Of a stretch of 64,000 nucleotides of DNA, positions 1-9,116 are shown piece after piece. Where the stretch lies: the IMG/VR virus record IMGVR_UViG_3300020401_000014, positions 1 to 64,000 of that record; one strand, written 5' to 3'. Both the position numbers and the translations under genes were made by a program. The first letter of the stretch is position 1; each line of letters starts with the position of its first letter. The notes beneath the pieces were generated by a model. That model was not told where the DNA came from and made no database searches. It saw only the letters and a program-made list of their open reading frames with translations. The stretch is from a virus.

Positions 1-141
1 AGCGAGCAAGAAGCCGATCAAGACGCTGTTGCAACATCCTTGCAAACTCGCTTGAGCAAGCAAGAGTCTGATCAAGATAGCGTTTCCGCTTCAATGGAAA
101 CCCGTCTCAGTGAGCAGGAATCAGACCAAGATTCTGTTACA
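1..141 (+). repeat. Degenerate 54-bp (18-aa) tandem coding repeat, at least 2.5 copies
   Basis: SxQExDQDxVxxSxxTRL unit recurs at 1, 55 and 109. Confidence 0.8.
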
Positions 142-435
142 GGATCTATCCATGACGTAATAACAAACGTCGACAACTCTATCAGAGTTTCGAACTACGC
201 TATTGCTAGTGGCGCAGAAAGGCTTACTTGTAACTTCACAGGCTTTGGATTCACAAAGTCTCCAAAAGTTATGGGCATGATCAAGAACGCGGACGCTTCA
301 GAACCAATCATGGTTTGTCAGCTTAAACGCGTTACAAGAGAAAAAGCAATTTTCGATTTTTCGGAAAATGCTCCTTCTGGAAACTACAGCATGGATATTA
401 TCTTGACGGTAGAACCTCAAGGTCACAACTCCTAA
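1..435 (+). CDS. C-terminal part of a repeat-containing coiled-coil (fibre-like) protein; 5' end outside window
   Basis: Frame is open from base 1 (SEQEADQDAVATSLQTRL-SKQESDQDSVSASMETRL-SEQESDQDSV...), followed by a ~80-aa beta-rich C-terminal domain. Confidence 0.6.
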   Translation, partial: SEQEADQDAVATSLQTRLSKQESDQDSVSASMETRLSEQESDQDSVTGSIHDVITNVDNSIRVSNYAIASGAERLTCNFTGFGFTKSPKVMGMIKNADASEPIMVCQLKRVTREKAIFDFSENAPSGNYSMDIILTVEPQGHNS

Positions 436-462
436 GTTGTTAAAAACAGTTTAACTGTTTAT

Positions 463-487
463 GGGGCTCAAAAGAGCCCCTTTTTTG
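463..487 (+). terminator. Rho-independent terminator
   Basis: GGGGCTC-AAAA-GAGCCCC-TTTTTT directly after the ORF stop; a second hairpin AAACAGT-TTA-ACTGTTT lies at 444-460. Confidence 0.85.
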
Positions 488-491
488 TGTA
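487..491 (+). promoter_or_regulatory. GTGTA upstream motif (candidate phage-sigma promoter)
   Basis: GTGTA 9 nt before ATG 501, immediately after a terminator; the motif recurs before many genes. Confidence 0.55.
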
Positions 492-500
492 AAAATAAAT

Positions 501-1169
501 ATGGACGACGACCCTTTCAATATGTTTAAAAAATTTAAAAATGAATTAGATAAACATAATCCTAATTCTAAAAAGAAACGTAAGCCAAAAAGCGCAAAAC
601 AAAACAAAAGCAATATAGCCAAAAGCAAAATTATGTCTAGACTCAAACATAAAAGCAAATATCTTGCGATTGAAATGGAGATGGCTGAAGAACAGTTAAC
701 AGAAGCCAAATCGGCGATGTTCAAAGCTATATCTGAATATTGCCAAAAAAACCCAAAAGCAAAAAACCCCCTTGTTGCGGCGGATGACGAAAAACAAATA
801 CCACAAGAAATGACAGACGAAGAAAAAGACGAGGTAAAAACTATATACAGAGAAATAGTAAAAGCAACACACCCAGATAAAGCTGAGCAAAACGAAGAAG
901 AGCTTACAGAAATGTTTATAAATGCTACCGAGGCAAAAAAGCTTAACGAGCTTAACTCTTTAATAGATATTTCTTTTGATTTAAATATAGACCTCTCAGA
1001 TATAAGTATCGACTTAATCGAAAAATTAGAAAAAGAACTAAACGAAAAAGAAAAACTCATAAAAGAAAAAAGGATGGACATATCCGTCCAATGGTTTCAA
1101 GCTTCAAAAGAAAACCAAAAAGACTTAATAAAGCAAATCTGCCCAATAAAAAAAGAAAACAAAAAATGA
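501..1169 (+). CDS. J-domain-like (HPD motif) coiled-coil protein
   Basis: KTIYREIVKATHPDKAEQNEEELTEMF matches J-domain helix II-HPD-helix III (HPD at 870-878). Confidence 0.6.
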   Translation: MDDDPFNMFKKFKNELDKHNPNSKKKRKPKSAKQNKSNIAKSKIMSRLKHKSKYLAIEMEMAEEQLTEAKSAMFKAISEYCQKNPKAKNPLVAADDEKQIPQEMTDEEKDEVKTIYREIVKATHPDKAEQNEEELTEMFINATEAKKLNELNSLIDISFDLNIDLSDISIDLIEKLEKELNEKEKLIKEKRMDISVQWFQASKENQKDLIKQICPIKKENKK

Positions 1170-1177
1170 TCTTTTTC

Positions 1178-1206
1178 TTGACTTTGTTCGTATTAAGCTG
1201 TAATAT
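1178..1206 (+). promoter_or_regulatory. sigma70-type promoter
   Basis: TTGACT-17nt-TAATAT, 6 nt before ATG 1213. Confidence 0.75.
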
Positions 1207-1212
1207 TATACC

Positions 1213-2226
1213 ATGGATAACAAAACTGGAGAACTTTTAAGCAAAAATATTGCCGGTGTGAACAGGATACTGCCACACAAACATAAATACGCCTGGGATC
1301 TTTTTCTCAAGAGTTGCGCAAACAATTGGATGCCCACGGAAATATCCATGCAGAATGATATTCAACAATGGAAAAATGATGAAATTACAGAAGATGAAAA
1401 ATTACTTGTTAAGCGCTGTCTTGGATTTTTTGCTGGAAGCGAGTCTTTGGTTGGTAATAATCTTTTGCTGTCTGCCTTTCGCTATGTTACAGACGCTGAG
1501 TGCCGTCAGTATATACTGCGCCAAGCTTTTGAAGAAAGCCTTCACAATCTTACGGTAGTTTATATTTGTGACAGTTTGGACTTAGACATAGAAGAAGTTT
1601 TTGCGGCATACGAAAACATCCCAAGCATTAAAGCTAAAGATGACTTCTTAATGAGCATTACCAACGATATTAGTGATCCATCATTTAACCCTCATACAAA
1701 AGAAGGTAAGCAAGAAATTCTTAGAAATTTCCTAACATATTGGATTGTTTGCGAAGGAACCTTCTTTTTTAGTGGTTTTGCTATGTTGCTTGCACTTGGA
1801 AGGCAAAATAAATTACAAGGTATTTCGGATCAAATCAAATACACCCTTAGAGATGAGAGCTCACATATTGCCTTCGGTACATACTTAATCAATACATTGA
1901 TCGAGCAAAACCCTACTATTTGGACTAAAAAAATTCAAGACGAATTTGTTGAACATATTAAAAAAGCAGTAGAACTAGAAATAGAATATGCCCATGACGT
2001 TCTACCAACAGGCATCTTGGGTTTAAATGCGGATATGTTTGTAGATTATATGTACTACATTGGAAACAGAAGGTTAGAAGCTATAGGTCTAGAATACAGG
2101 TTCCCTAGTGATAAAAACCCATTTCCTTGGTTAGGTGAAGTTGTGGATGTCCAAGCCATGGGAAACTTCTTTGAGAGAAGGGTTAGAGAATACCAGCAAA
2201 GCGGATCTTTGGAAGACGATTTTTAA
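1213..2226 (+). CDS. nrdB: Ribonucleotide reductase beta subunit, class Ic (R2c, Mn/Fe)-type
   Basis: Ferritin-like ligands FFAGSE77, E108SLH111, EGTFFFSGF, RDESSH; first ligand is Glu and the radical-Tyr position is Val115. Confidence 0.9.
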   Translation: MDNKTGELLSKNIAGVNRILPHKHKYAWDLFLKSCANNWMPTEISMQNDIQQWKNDEITEDEKLLVKRCLGFFAGSESLVGNNLLLSAFRYVTDAECRQYILRQAFEESLHNLTVVYICDSLDLDIEEVFAAYENIPSIKAKDDFLMSITNDISDPSFNPHTKEGKQEILRNFLTYWIVCEGTFFFSGFAMLLALGRQNKLQGISDQIKYTLRDESSHIAFGTYLINTLIEQNPTIWTKKIQDEFVEHIKKAVELEIEYAHDVLPTGILGLNADMFVDYMYYIGNRRLEAIGLEYRFPSDKNPFPWLGEVVDVQAMGNFFERRVREYQQSGSLEDDF

Positions 2227-2249
2227 AAACATGTGTAATATAGTCTATC

Positions 2250-2474
2250 ATGAATATAGACTATCCAAATAATCAAACCCCAGCAAATTTAAACAAGCCG
2301 AATTATTCCAATCAAGGGGTATTCAACCCAGCCTTACAAAAAAAAGATCGAGGCTACTACGGTAACGATAATAACGCAAACTACTACCCTAACTGTAACA
2401 GCGGTATTTCTGTTAACAACAAACAAACTCGGGGAGATACATATCCAAACTCCAATAAATCTGGCCGAAATTAA
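2250..2474 (+). CDS. Small Asn/Tyr/Pro-rich hypothetical protein
   Basis: 74-aa ORF filling the intergenic gap; GTGTA at 2233-2237 upstream; repeated YPN motifs. Confidence 0.5.
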   Translation: MNIDYPNNQTPANLNKPNYSNQGVFNPALQKKDRGYYGNDNNANYYPNCNSGISVNNKQTRGDTYPNSNKSGRN

Positions 2475-2484
2475 TATATAAGTT

Positions 2485-4392
2485 ATGTTTTTCTGCCTAC
2501 TATACATTTTATCTGCGCTAAGCATATCTTCCATTGCTGCGTATTTTAGCGTTATTGGTTTAGCTACAATATTCCCAGGATCAATGACTCCAATTATTAT
2601 CATGGGCGGAGTCCTTGAGGTTGGAAAGATAGTAACCGCAGTTTGGCTGCACAGAAATTGGAAGACCGCTCCCATATTGGTTAAAAGCTATTTAAGCTTT
2701 GCCACGCTTGTTCTAATGGGTATAACCAGTATGGGTATATTTGGATTTCTATCAAGAGCGCACATAGAACATCAAACAGTAACAGATAAAGCTGTTGCAC
2801 AAGTTCAAGTTATTGACAACAAAGTCAAAAGGGAAAACGATTTTATTGCCCGCCAGCAAGAACTTATTAAAGCTATAGAAGAAAGGTCTTCTCAGAAAAA
2901 CTCAAACAGCAGGGTAGATATTGATTCAGAAAATCAAAAAATAAGAGATATTACAGAGCAAATGAATAAAGATATATCATTTGAACAAACCCGAATATCT
3001 GATGAAAGCCAAAAACTCGCACAGCTTAATAAAGAATTACAAGATCTAGAAAATTCATCAGGAGGTTTATTTTCAAATAAAAAGAAAAAAATAGAAGAAT
3101 TAAAAGCCGCCCAATCCGCCCCAAGAGAAGCTATTTCAAAAAAAATAAACGAATACAACCAAAATATAGATGGCTTTAGAGAATTTGCATCAACCAAAAT
3201 AAAAGAAATCGAAGACAAAATAACATCATTCAGAACTCAAAGTGATGAAAAAGATACATCGATGCAACCTCAAATCGATGAGCTGACTTTTAAAATTTCA
3301 GAAGCCTACGGAAGAATAGACGAACTAGAAGCAGAAAAAATCGGTTTCTCTGATAGCGCAAGACAGCTTGAAGCAGAGGTTGGCCCAGTAAAATATGTCG
3401 CAGAAGCAATAGCGGATTTTACAGGCAAAGAATTCGATATATCCCAAGCCGTAAGAATTGTTATTATTATTCTCGTTTTAGTGTTTGACCCTCTTGCAAT
3501 ACTTCTTGTAATTGCCGCTAATATCAGTATAGAAAAACACATGCCGGTTTCTAAACGAGCCAATACAAAACTTAAAGCTTCATTTGAAGCCTTACAAGAA
3601 GAGGTGAAAAGTAAAAAACAAGAAATATCAGAACTTATCGAACAATCAATTATAGAGCAAGACCGAAAGCAAGAATTGACAAAATCATTAAAACAAGCTG
3701 AATCTGACTTAGTAGCAGATGGAGCAAAACTAAACGAACAACAAAAAGAACTAAGCAAGGCGGAGAAGGATATAGAGTTCGCAAGAGAAGAATTGAATCA
3801 AATAAATGATAATATCTTAAAATCAAACAAATCTTTGGCCGAACAACAAGCCTCAATCAAAGAAGAAAAAAACCAAATAAAAATTGAGCGCGAAAACTTA
3901 ATCTCCCAACAAAATTCACTCAGAGACAGGAAAGATGATATTAGTTTAAAAATACAAAATCTAGAATCTGATTATATAAAAATAGAAAAAGATGCCGCAG
4001 ATAAAGCTGCAGAGGTTCAAAAATCTCAAGCTGAAATAGAAGGTCTAGTTGCAGAAAAAGAGAGCTACGAAAATATGCTTAAAAATATAAAAGAAAACTA
4101 TGAGTCTACAAAATTCTCTACTGACTTTAAAAGTATTTTTCCAAATTTTCAAATCAACGAAACAGTAAGCAAATTGGACAGTGGTGGCAAAATAGTTTCC
4201 ATAGTTGACCAAAAAGGGAGAATCCATCAGTTTACGATTCCTGAACAACATATAGACTTAAGCCATAAATATTATCACTCTGTAGTGAATAAATTAAATA
4301 ATATAGATACAGAATATTTAAAGTTTGAATATACAGAAGAGATGGAAAAATATATTAGACTCTCACCTCCTGCATATAATGTGTTGACATAA
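2485..4392 (+). CDS. Membrane protein with long coiled coil (type seen in large myoviruses, function unknown)
   Basis: Three N-terminal TM segments (SIAAYFSVIGLATIF, LEVGKIVTAVWL, ITSMGIFGFLSRAH), coiled coil, AEVGPVKY, fourth TM (IIILVLVFDPLAILL), second coiled coil. Confidence 0.7.
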   Translation: MFFCLLYILSALSISSIAAYFSVIGLATIFPGSMTPIIIMGGVLEVGKIVTAVWLHRNWKTAPILVKSYLSFATLVLMGITSMGIFGFLSRAHIEHQTVTDKAVAQVQVIDNKVKRENDFIARQQELIKAIEERSSQKNSNSRVDIDSENQKIRDITEQMNKDISFEQTRISDESQKLAQLNKELQDLENSSGGLFSNKKKKIEELKAAQSAPREAISKKINEYNQNIDGFREFASTKIKEIEDKITSFRTQSDEKDTSMQPQIDELTFKISEAYGRIDELEAEKIGFSDSARQLEAEVGPVKYVAEAIADFTGKEFDISQAVRIVIIILVLVFDPLAILLVIAANISIEKHMPVSKRANTKLKASFEALQEEVKSKKQEISELIEQSIIEQDRKQELTKSLKQAESDLVADGAKLNEQQKELSKAEKDIEFAREELNQINDNILKSNKSLAEQQASIKEEKNQIKIERENLISQQNSLRDRKDDISLKIQNLESDYIKIEKDAADKAAEVQKSQAEIEGLVAEKESYENMLKNIKENYESTKFSTDFKSIFPNFQINETVSKLDSGGKIVSIVDQKGRIHQFTIPEQHIDLSHKYYHSVVNKLNNIDTEYLKFEYTEEMEKYIRLSPPAYNVLT

Positions 4393-4412
4393 TATAATTT
4401 ATATGCTATACT
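4384..4412 (+). promoter_or_regulatory. sigma70-type promoter
   Basis: TTGACA-17nt-TATACT, 6 nt before GTG 4419. Confidence 0.8.
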
Positions 4413-4418
4413 ACTTGT

Positions 4419-4754
4419 GTGAAAAAGAAAGAAGTTTTAGAAAATCTTTTAATTAAACAAAGTTTAGATTGCAAACAAGATTATATTAAACAGTATAGTA
4501 TACTAAATAATTTACTTAAAAAGTACAGCAATCCACTTTTCTGGGATCAGTTCTGTTTAAAAGAAAAAATTAAATCATTATACTTTTTCAAAACAGAAGC
4601 GGGTAGAAAAATCATACAACAAAAATATAAAGAATTCTGCCAAAGCCCTGCTAGTAAATATAAAAAATATAAAATTAGTACTAGAAAATCTGGAGGCAAA
4701 GTTCCTCATAAAAAAATTAAAAAACAAACCATAAGGAGGTTTTTAAATGGCTAA
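4419..4754 (+). CDS. Basic hypothetical protein
   Basis: 111-aa ORF right after a promoter and overlapping the recA start. Confidence 0.6.
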   Translation: MKKKEVLENLLIKQSLDCKQDYIKQYSILNNLLKKYSNPLFWDQFCLKEKIKSLYFFKTEAGRKIIQQKYKEFCQSPASKYKKYKISTRKSGGKVPHKKIKKQTIRRFLNG

Positions 4755-5844
4755 GACAGCAACATTAGATCAAATCAACTCTTTCTTGTCTGACAAGAAT
4801 AACAAAAAATATCACTTCAACAACTTTGAAGATTTAAATTACAAAATACCATCTGGTAGCATCAATTTAGACATTGCCCTAGGAGGAGGCTTAACACCTG
4901 GAGCCCACAGGTTTACTGGCGTAAACGAAGGTGGTAAAACAAGCTGCGCATTAGGATTCGCTAAAAACTTTCAGGATCATTTTGGAGAAGATGCAATGGT
5001 GGTAGTTATCAAAAGCGAAGGTAGGCTCAGTCAAGAACTGCTGCAAAGAAGCGGAGTCGATACGTCGCCCGAAAGATTTTTTGTTTTTGATTGTAATATT
5101 TTTGAAAAAGTATTTGAACTAATTAGGGAGCTAGTTTTCAATAATGAAGAAAAAAGAAAATTCATGTTTATTGTCGATAGCGTAGATGCATTATGTAGAA
5201 TTAATGATATAGACAAAGGCTTTGATGAGCCTGAACAAGTAGCGGGTGGAGCGCTAATCACTTCTGTCTTTCTCAAAAAGATGGTCCTGCCTATCAGTAA
5301 AATGGGCCACATGATGATACTAACATCTCAAGTAAGAGTTGAAGTGGCAACAAACCCTTATGCTTCCAGAGGAGGCCCTAAGGTAAAGCAAGCGGGAGGT
5401 AATGCGGTAAAGCATTACGCCAACTTCATACTAGAATTTGAAGAAAGATATAGCACAGATATTATGTACTCAAACCCAAGTGCTACTAGAATTGATGACA
5501 AAGGTGACCCTATAGGCCATTATTGTAAAATTAGATTCAGGAAAAGTGTTAACGAAAAAACAGGCAGCCAAGTTAGATATCCAATTAGGTATGGACAAAA
5601 AGATGGAAACTCCATCTGGCTTGCTAGAGAAATATTAGATTTAATGTTTGTATTTCAAATGGCAAGTAAAAGCGGCGCATGGATTTCTTTTTCAGATGAA
5701 ATAAAGTCGGAGTTAGAATCTAAAAAAATAGAACACGAAAGTAAATTCCAAGGAGAACTAAAGCTTCTGAACCATTTAGAAGAAAACGAACCTCTAAGAG
5801 ATTTTCTTTACGAAGAATTTAAAAATTTAATTAATGCATTTTAA
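4747..5844 (+). CDS. recA: RecA/UvsX-like recombinase
   Basis: IPSGSINLDIALGGG, Walker A GVNEGGKTS, Walker B FIVDSVDAL, SQVR, GGNAVKHYA. Confidence 0.88.
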   Translation: MAKTATLDQINSFLSDKNNKKYHFNNFEDLNYKIPSGSINLDIALGGGLTPGAHRFTGVNEGGKTSCALGFAKNFQDHFGEDAMVVVIKSEGRLSQELLQRSGVDTSPERFFVFDCNIFEKVFELIRELVFNNEEKRKFMFIVDSVDALCRINDIDKGFDEPEQVAGGALITSVFLKKMVLPISKMGHMMILTSQVRVEVATNPYASRGGPKVKQAGGNAVKHYANFILEFEERYSTDIMYSNPSATRIDDKGDPIGHYCKIRFRKSVNEKTGSQVRYPIRYGQKDGNSIWLAREILDLMFVFQMASKSGAWISFSDEIKSELESKKIEHESKFQGELKLLNHLEENEPLRDFLYEEFKNLINAF

Positions 5845-6238
5845 AACCCTAAATGGCGCTGTTAAAAAAATTTCTAAGTCTCATAAATATAAAATTGACT
5901 GGGACGGCCAGAGTAGAAGCAAAATACAATTTCAAACCAAACAAAAACTAAAGAATGTATGGCGCAACCATGTTGTTTTTGAAGAGTTTCCGGTAGCAGG
6001 AAGCAAAATGTCTTTTGATTTTTATAATGCAAATAAAAAAATAGCTATAGAAGTCCAGGGCAGACAGCACACAAGCTATGTACCGTTTTTTCACGGCAAA
6101 AACAAAATCAATTTTATATCACAAATGAGCAGGGATCATCAAAAAAGAGAGTTTTGCAAAATTAATGAAATTAAATTAATTGAAGTATTTGAAGAAAAAG
6201 AAATAGATTCTTTAATAAAAGAAGGTGTAATTATATAA
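5834..6238 (+). CDS. PD-(D/E)XK (DUF559/Vsr-like) endonuclease
   Basis: EEFPV...FDFYNANKKIAIEVQGRQH...RDHQKREFCKINEIKLIEV. Confidence 0.75.
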   Translation: MHFKTLNGAVKKISKSHKYKIDWDGQSRSKIQFQTKQKLKNVWRNHVVFEEFPVAGSKMSFDFYNANKKIAIEVQGRQHTSYVPFFHGKNKINFISQMSRDHQKREFCKINEIKLIEVFEEKEIDSLIKEGVII

Positions 6239-6239
6239 C

Positions 6240-6500
6240 ATGGATGAATTTGATCCAAACGAAGGCATGAATAAGTTTAGTATGCCTAAGTCTATATTAG
6301 ACCAGCTCTATGAATTTTCTGGAGGGTCTGAAGACAATAGGGGTTTTCTGTTATTGTTTGTAGATCAAACTGGCGTTCCGTCAGTGGTATCCCAATGTTC
6401 CTCTGCGGTAGTTGAAATGGGTTTAAGGAAAGCTGCAGAAGGATATTTAGACGAATGTGAAGCGGCCTCTAGGCCCGATATTAACCCAGACCAGGATTAA
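6240..6500 (+). CDS. Acidic hypothetical protein
   Basis: 86-aa ORF in operon orientation; GTGTA at 6225-6229. Confidence 0.65.
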   Translation: MDEFDPNEGMNKFSMPKSILDQLYEFSGGSEDNRGFLLLFVDQTGVPSVVSQCSSAVVEMGLRKAAEGYLDECEAASRPDINPDQD

Positions 6501-6505
6501 TCCTA

Positions 6506-6534
6506 TTGACAAGTCGTCAGACTTGTGCTATCAT
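6506..6534 (+). promoter_or_regulatory. sigma70-type promoter with overlapping inverted repeat
   Basis: TTGACA-17nt-TATCAT, 10 nt before ATG 6545; ACAAGTC-N4-GACTTGT at 6509-6526. Confidence 0.8.
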
Positions 6535-6544
6535 TTAAAACAAT

Positions 6545-8065
6545 ATGATATTTTCTTACGATTGCGAGCAACAGTTTTTGTCGGGGCTTATTAAGTTCCC
6601 AGATGTATATCCTCAAGTATCACACTATGTATCCGAGGATGATTTTTTTAACGAGGTAAGCCAAGTAAATAGAACAATCTTTTGCGTATTAAAGCAAAGC
6701 CTAGATAACACCGAAAAAATTGACGAAATCATTCTATCTGAACGGGTAAAGTCCTTAGGTATTGACTTTGAAGACAACATTAATATAGCAGACTATATTA
6801 AGGCTCTAGCAATGAGAAAGACTTCTGAGAATTCGGTAATCACTTCAGCCAAAGAGCTAAAGAAGCTTTCAGTAAAAAGAGGTTTATGTGAGTCATCAAA
6901 TCAAATTATTAGAGAAGTAAAATCACTTCCCAACACAGCGTCTTACTCAGAAATCATAGATAAAGCAGATTCAATCTATAATAAAAACATTAATCTTTTT
7001 CAAGAGGAGTCTGACTCGCCAACAAATATCTTTACAGATATGGCAGATATCATGGAAGATCGGGGCGAAAACCCAAAGGAAGAATCTGGATTCATGGGCC
7101 CACATAAGTCTATCAACAATCTTTATGGATCTCTTTTGAAGCCGGGAAATATTACTGTTGTTGTTGCCAGGTCTGGTGTTGGTAAAACACAGTTTTGTAT
7201 GGATTTTTGCACAAAAACATCGAGAGCTTACAATGACGTACCAGTTCTTCATTTAGATAACGGAGAAATGAGCCAAGAAGAAATTATCGACAGACAGTGC
7301 GCGGCAATAACGGGCGTACCTTTGCATCTGATCGAAACTGGAAAGTGGAGAAGCGCAGGAAAAGAAATTGTTCAAAAGATGCGTGATGGTTTAGCCAAAA
7401 TCAATAATTCACAGTTTTACTATTACAACGTTGGCGGCCTGTCGGTTGATAACATGGTTAGTTTAGTAAGAAGATTTTACTACTCCAGAGTTGGAAGGGG
7501 AAACAAAATGATTTTAAATTTTGACTATATTAAAACCACTTTTGAAAATTTTAACTCAAAATCCGAATGGCAAGTTGTAGGAGAAATGGTAGACAAGTTT
7601 AAAAGATTAATACAAAAAGATATTGTTTTTGAAAAAGAGCCCATGATATCAATGATGACTAGCGTACAAAGCAATAGGGCTGGAATTGTAGGCAATAGAA
7701 ATTCTAATTCTATTATTGATGACGAAAGCATAGTTTCTTTATCTGACAGAATTACCCAGTTTTCATCTCACCTTTTTAGCTTAAGAAAGAAAACTGCAGA
7801 TGAACTGCAAAATGAACATGAGGATTTTGGGTCACATAGGTTAACCTGCTTAAAACACAGACACCTAGGGGAAGATGTCTCTAGGGCATTAAGTCTAGTC
7901 GAAATGCCAGATGGAAACAAGGTTAGAAATGCAATTAATTTAGATGTAGTCAACTTTAATATTACAGACAAAGGTGACATGAAAGACCTAGCGGATAGCA
8001 TGGACGTAGAAGATGTTACTTTAAATACAGACAACAACTTCTTTAATCCCGCGCCAAACTTTTAA
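6545..8065 (+). CDS. dnaB: Replicative DNA helicase, DnaB family
   Basis: DnaB N-domain (EQQFLSGLI), Walker A ARSGVGKT, HLDNGEMS, FDYIK, SVQSNR, KHRH. Confidence 0.88.
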   Translation: MIFSYDCEQQFLSGLIKFPDVYPQVSHYVSEDDFFNEVSQVNRTIFCVLKQSLDNTEKIDEIILSERVKSLGIDFEDNINIADYIKALAMRKTSENSVITSAKELKKLSVKRGLCESSNQIIREVKSLPNTASYSEIIDKADSIYNKNINLFQEESDSPTNIFTDMADIMEDRGENPKEESGFMGPHKSINNLYGSLLKPGNITVVVARSGVGKTQFCMDFCTKTSRAYNDVPVLHLDNGEMSQEEIIDRQCAAITGVPLHLIETGKWRSAGKEIVQKMRDGLAKINNSQFYYYNVGGLSVDNMVSLVRRFYYSRVGRGNKMILNFDYIKTTFENFNSKSEWQVVGEMVDKFKRLIQKDIVFEKEPMISMMTSVQSNRAGIVGNRNSNSIIDDESIVSLSDRITQFSSHLFSLRKKTADELQNEHEDFGSHRLTCLKHRHLGEDVSRALSLVEMPDGNKVRNAINLDVVNFNITDKGDMKDLADSMDVEDVTLNTDNNFFNPAPNF

Positions 8066-8066
8066 T

Positions 8067-9116
8067 ATGAGTCCAGAAGAAATAAAGGATAGCTTACAAA
8101 GGCTTGGATACAAGCTTAGCGACAGGGGCTCATACTGGCAGACTAGTGCTGTTTTTAGAAACGGAGATAATCCAACAGCTTTACAAATTTACAAAAACTC
8201 TGGAGTATGGAAAGACTATGTTCAAGACACTTCGTTTAATAGTTTTAAAAATTTAGTAAAAGTCACCCTAGGAACAAGTGATCCTGAAGAAATTAAAAAG
8301 TATATATCAAGCGATAACGCTTTTAAATATGATGGATCCGTAAGCAAAAATGTAGAAAAAATAACAATGGAAGAAATATATCCAGAGTCTATGCTTGATA
8401 GACTTCTCCCTCATTACAAATTTTACAACAACAAAGGCATTAACTCTGAAATACTAAAATCGCTCAGGGGTGGACTAGCAACTTCTGGAAAGTTAAATCA
8501 AAGATTCGTGTTCCCAATATTTAACGAAAACAAACAAATTCACGGATTCTCAGGTAGAGACATCTATCCTTCAGATAAATCCAATAGACCAAAATGGAAG
8601 CATATTGGTAGAAAAAGCAATTGGGTATACCCCGCATTCTCTGATGAAATTACTGAAAAATCTATATCAGAGCAAGGCTTTGTTATTATTGTTGAAAGTA
8701 TAGGAGACTTACTTAATTTAAAAACAAATGGATTTGACAACGTACTTGTTTCATTTGGTCTAGAGTGTTCCAACAAACTGCTAAACTACCTTACGAGCCT
8801 AAACCCAGACAAAATAATACTATCTCTTAATAATGATATAGGGTCAAAAGAAAACAGAGGCCTAATCGCTGCGCACAAAGCTTTCTTAAAAATGGTTTCA
8901 CACATGTTTATGCCAGATAAAATTAAAATATGCCTTCCACTAAAAAATGACTTTGGTGATATGGGTGTTGAAGAATTTTATACTTGGCATGAAGACCTTA
9001 ATAATAGCTTAGAAGAAAATCAAATACCAAGAATTAAATCTTATTGTAAGAACCTAGAAAGAAATGGTAAGATTAGTAAAAATTTATCCAAAAACCTAAA
9101 ATCTTTAAATGAGTAA
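8067..9116 (+). CDS. DNA primase (DnaG-like Toprim)
   Basis: RFVFPIFNENKQIHGFSGR, KWKH, IIVESIGD (Toprim acidic motif); follows the helicase. Confidence 0.75.
   Translation: MSPEEIKDSLQRLGYKLSDRGSYWQTSAVFRNGDNPTALQIYKNSGVWKDYVQDTSFNSFKNLVKVTLGTSDPEEIKKYISSDNAFKYDGSVSKNVEKITMEEIYPESMLDRLLPHYKFYNNKGINSEILKSLRGGLATSGKLNQRFVFPIFNENKQIHGFSGRDIYPSDKSNRPKWKHIGRKSNWVYPAFSDEITEKSISEQGFVIIVESIGDLLNLKTNGFDNVLVSFGLECSNKLLNYLTSLNPDKIILSLNNDIGSKENRGLIAAHKAFLKMVSHMFMPDKIKICLPLKNDFGDMGVEEFYTWHEDLNNSLEENQIPRIKSYCKNLERNGKISKNLSKNLKSLNE

Noticed and set aside
440-1081. Long antisense ORFs in the track (also e.g. 2934-3758, 23158-24279, 33552-33938 and the many short ORFs inside 36578-54730)
   Set aside because: They lie opposite or within well-supported genes, are Ser/Phe/Leu-rich shadows of Lys/Glu-rich coding strands, and show no motifs
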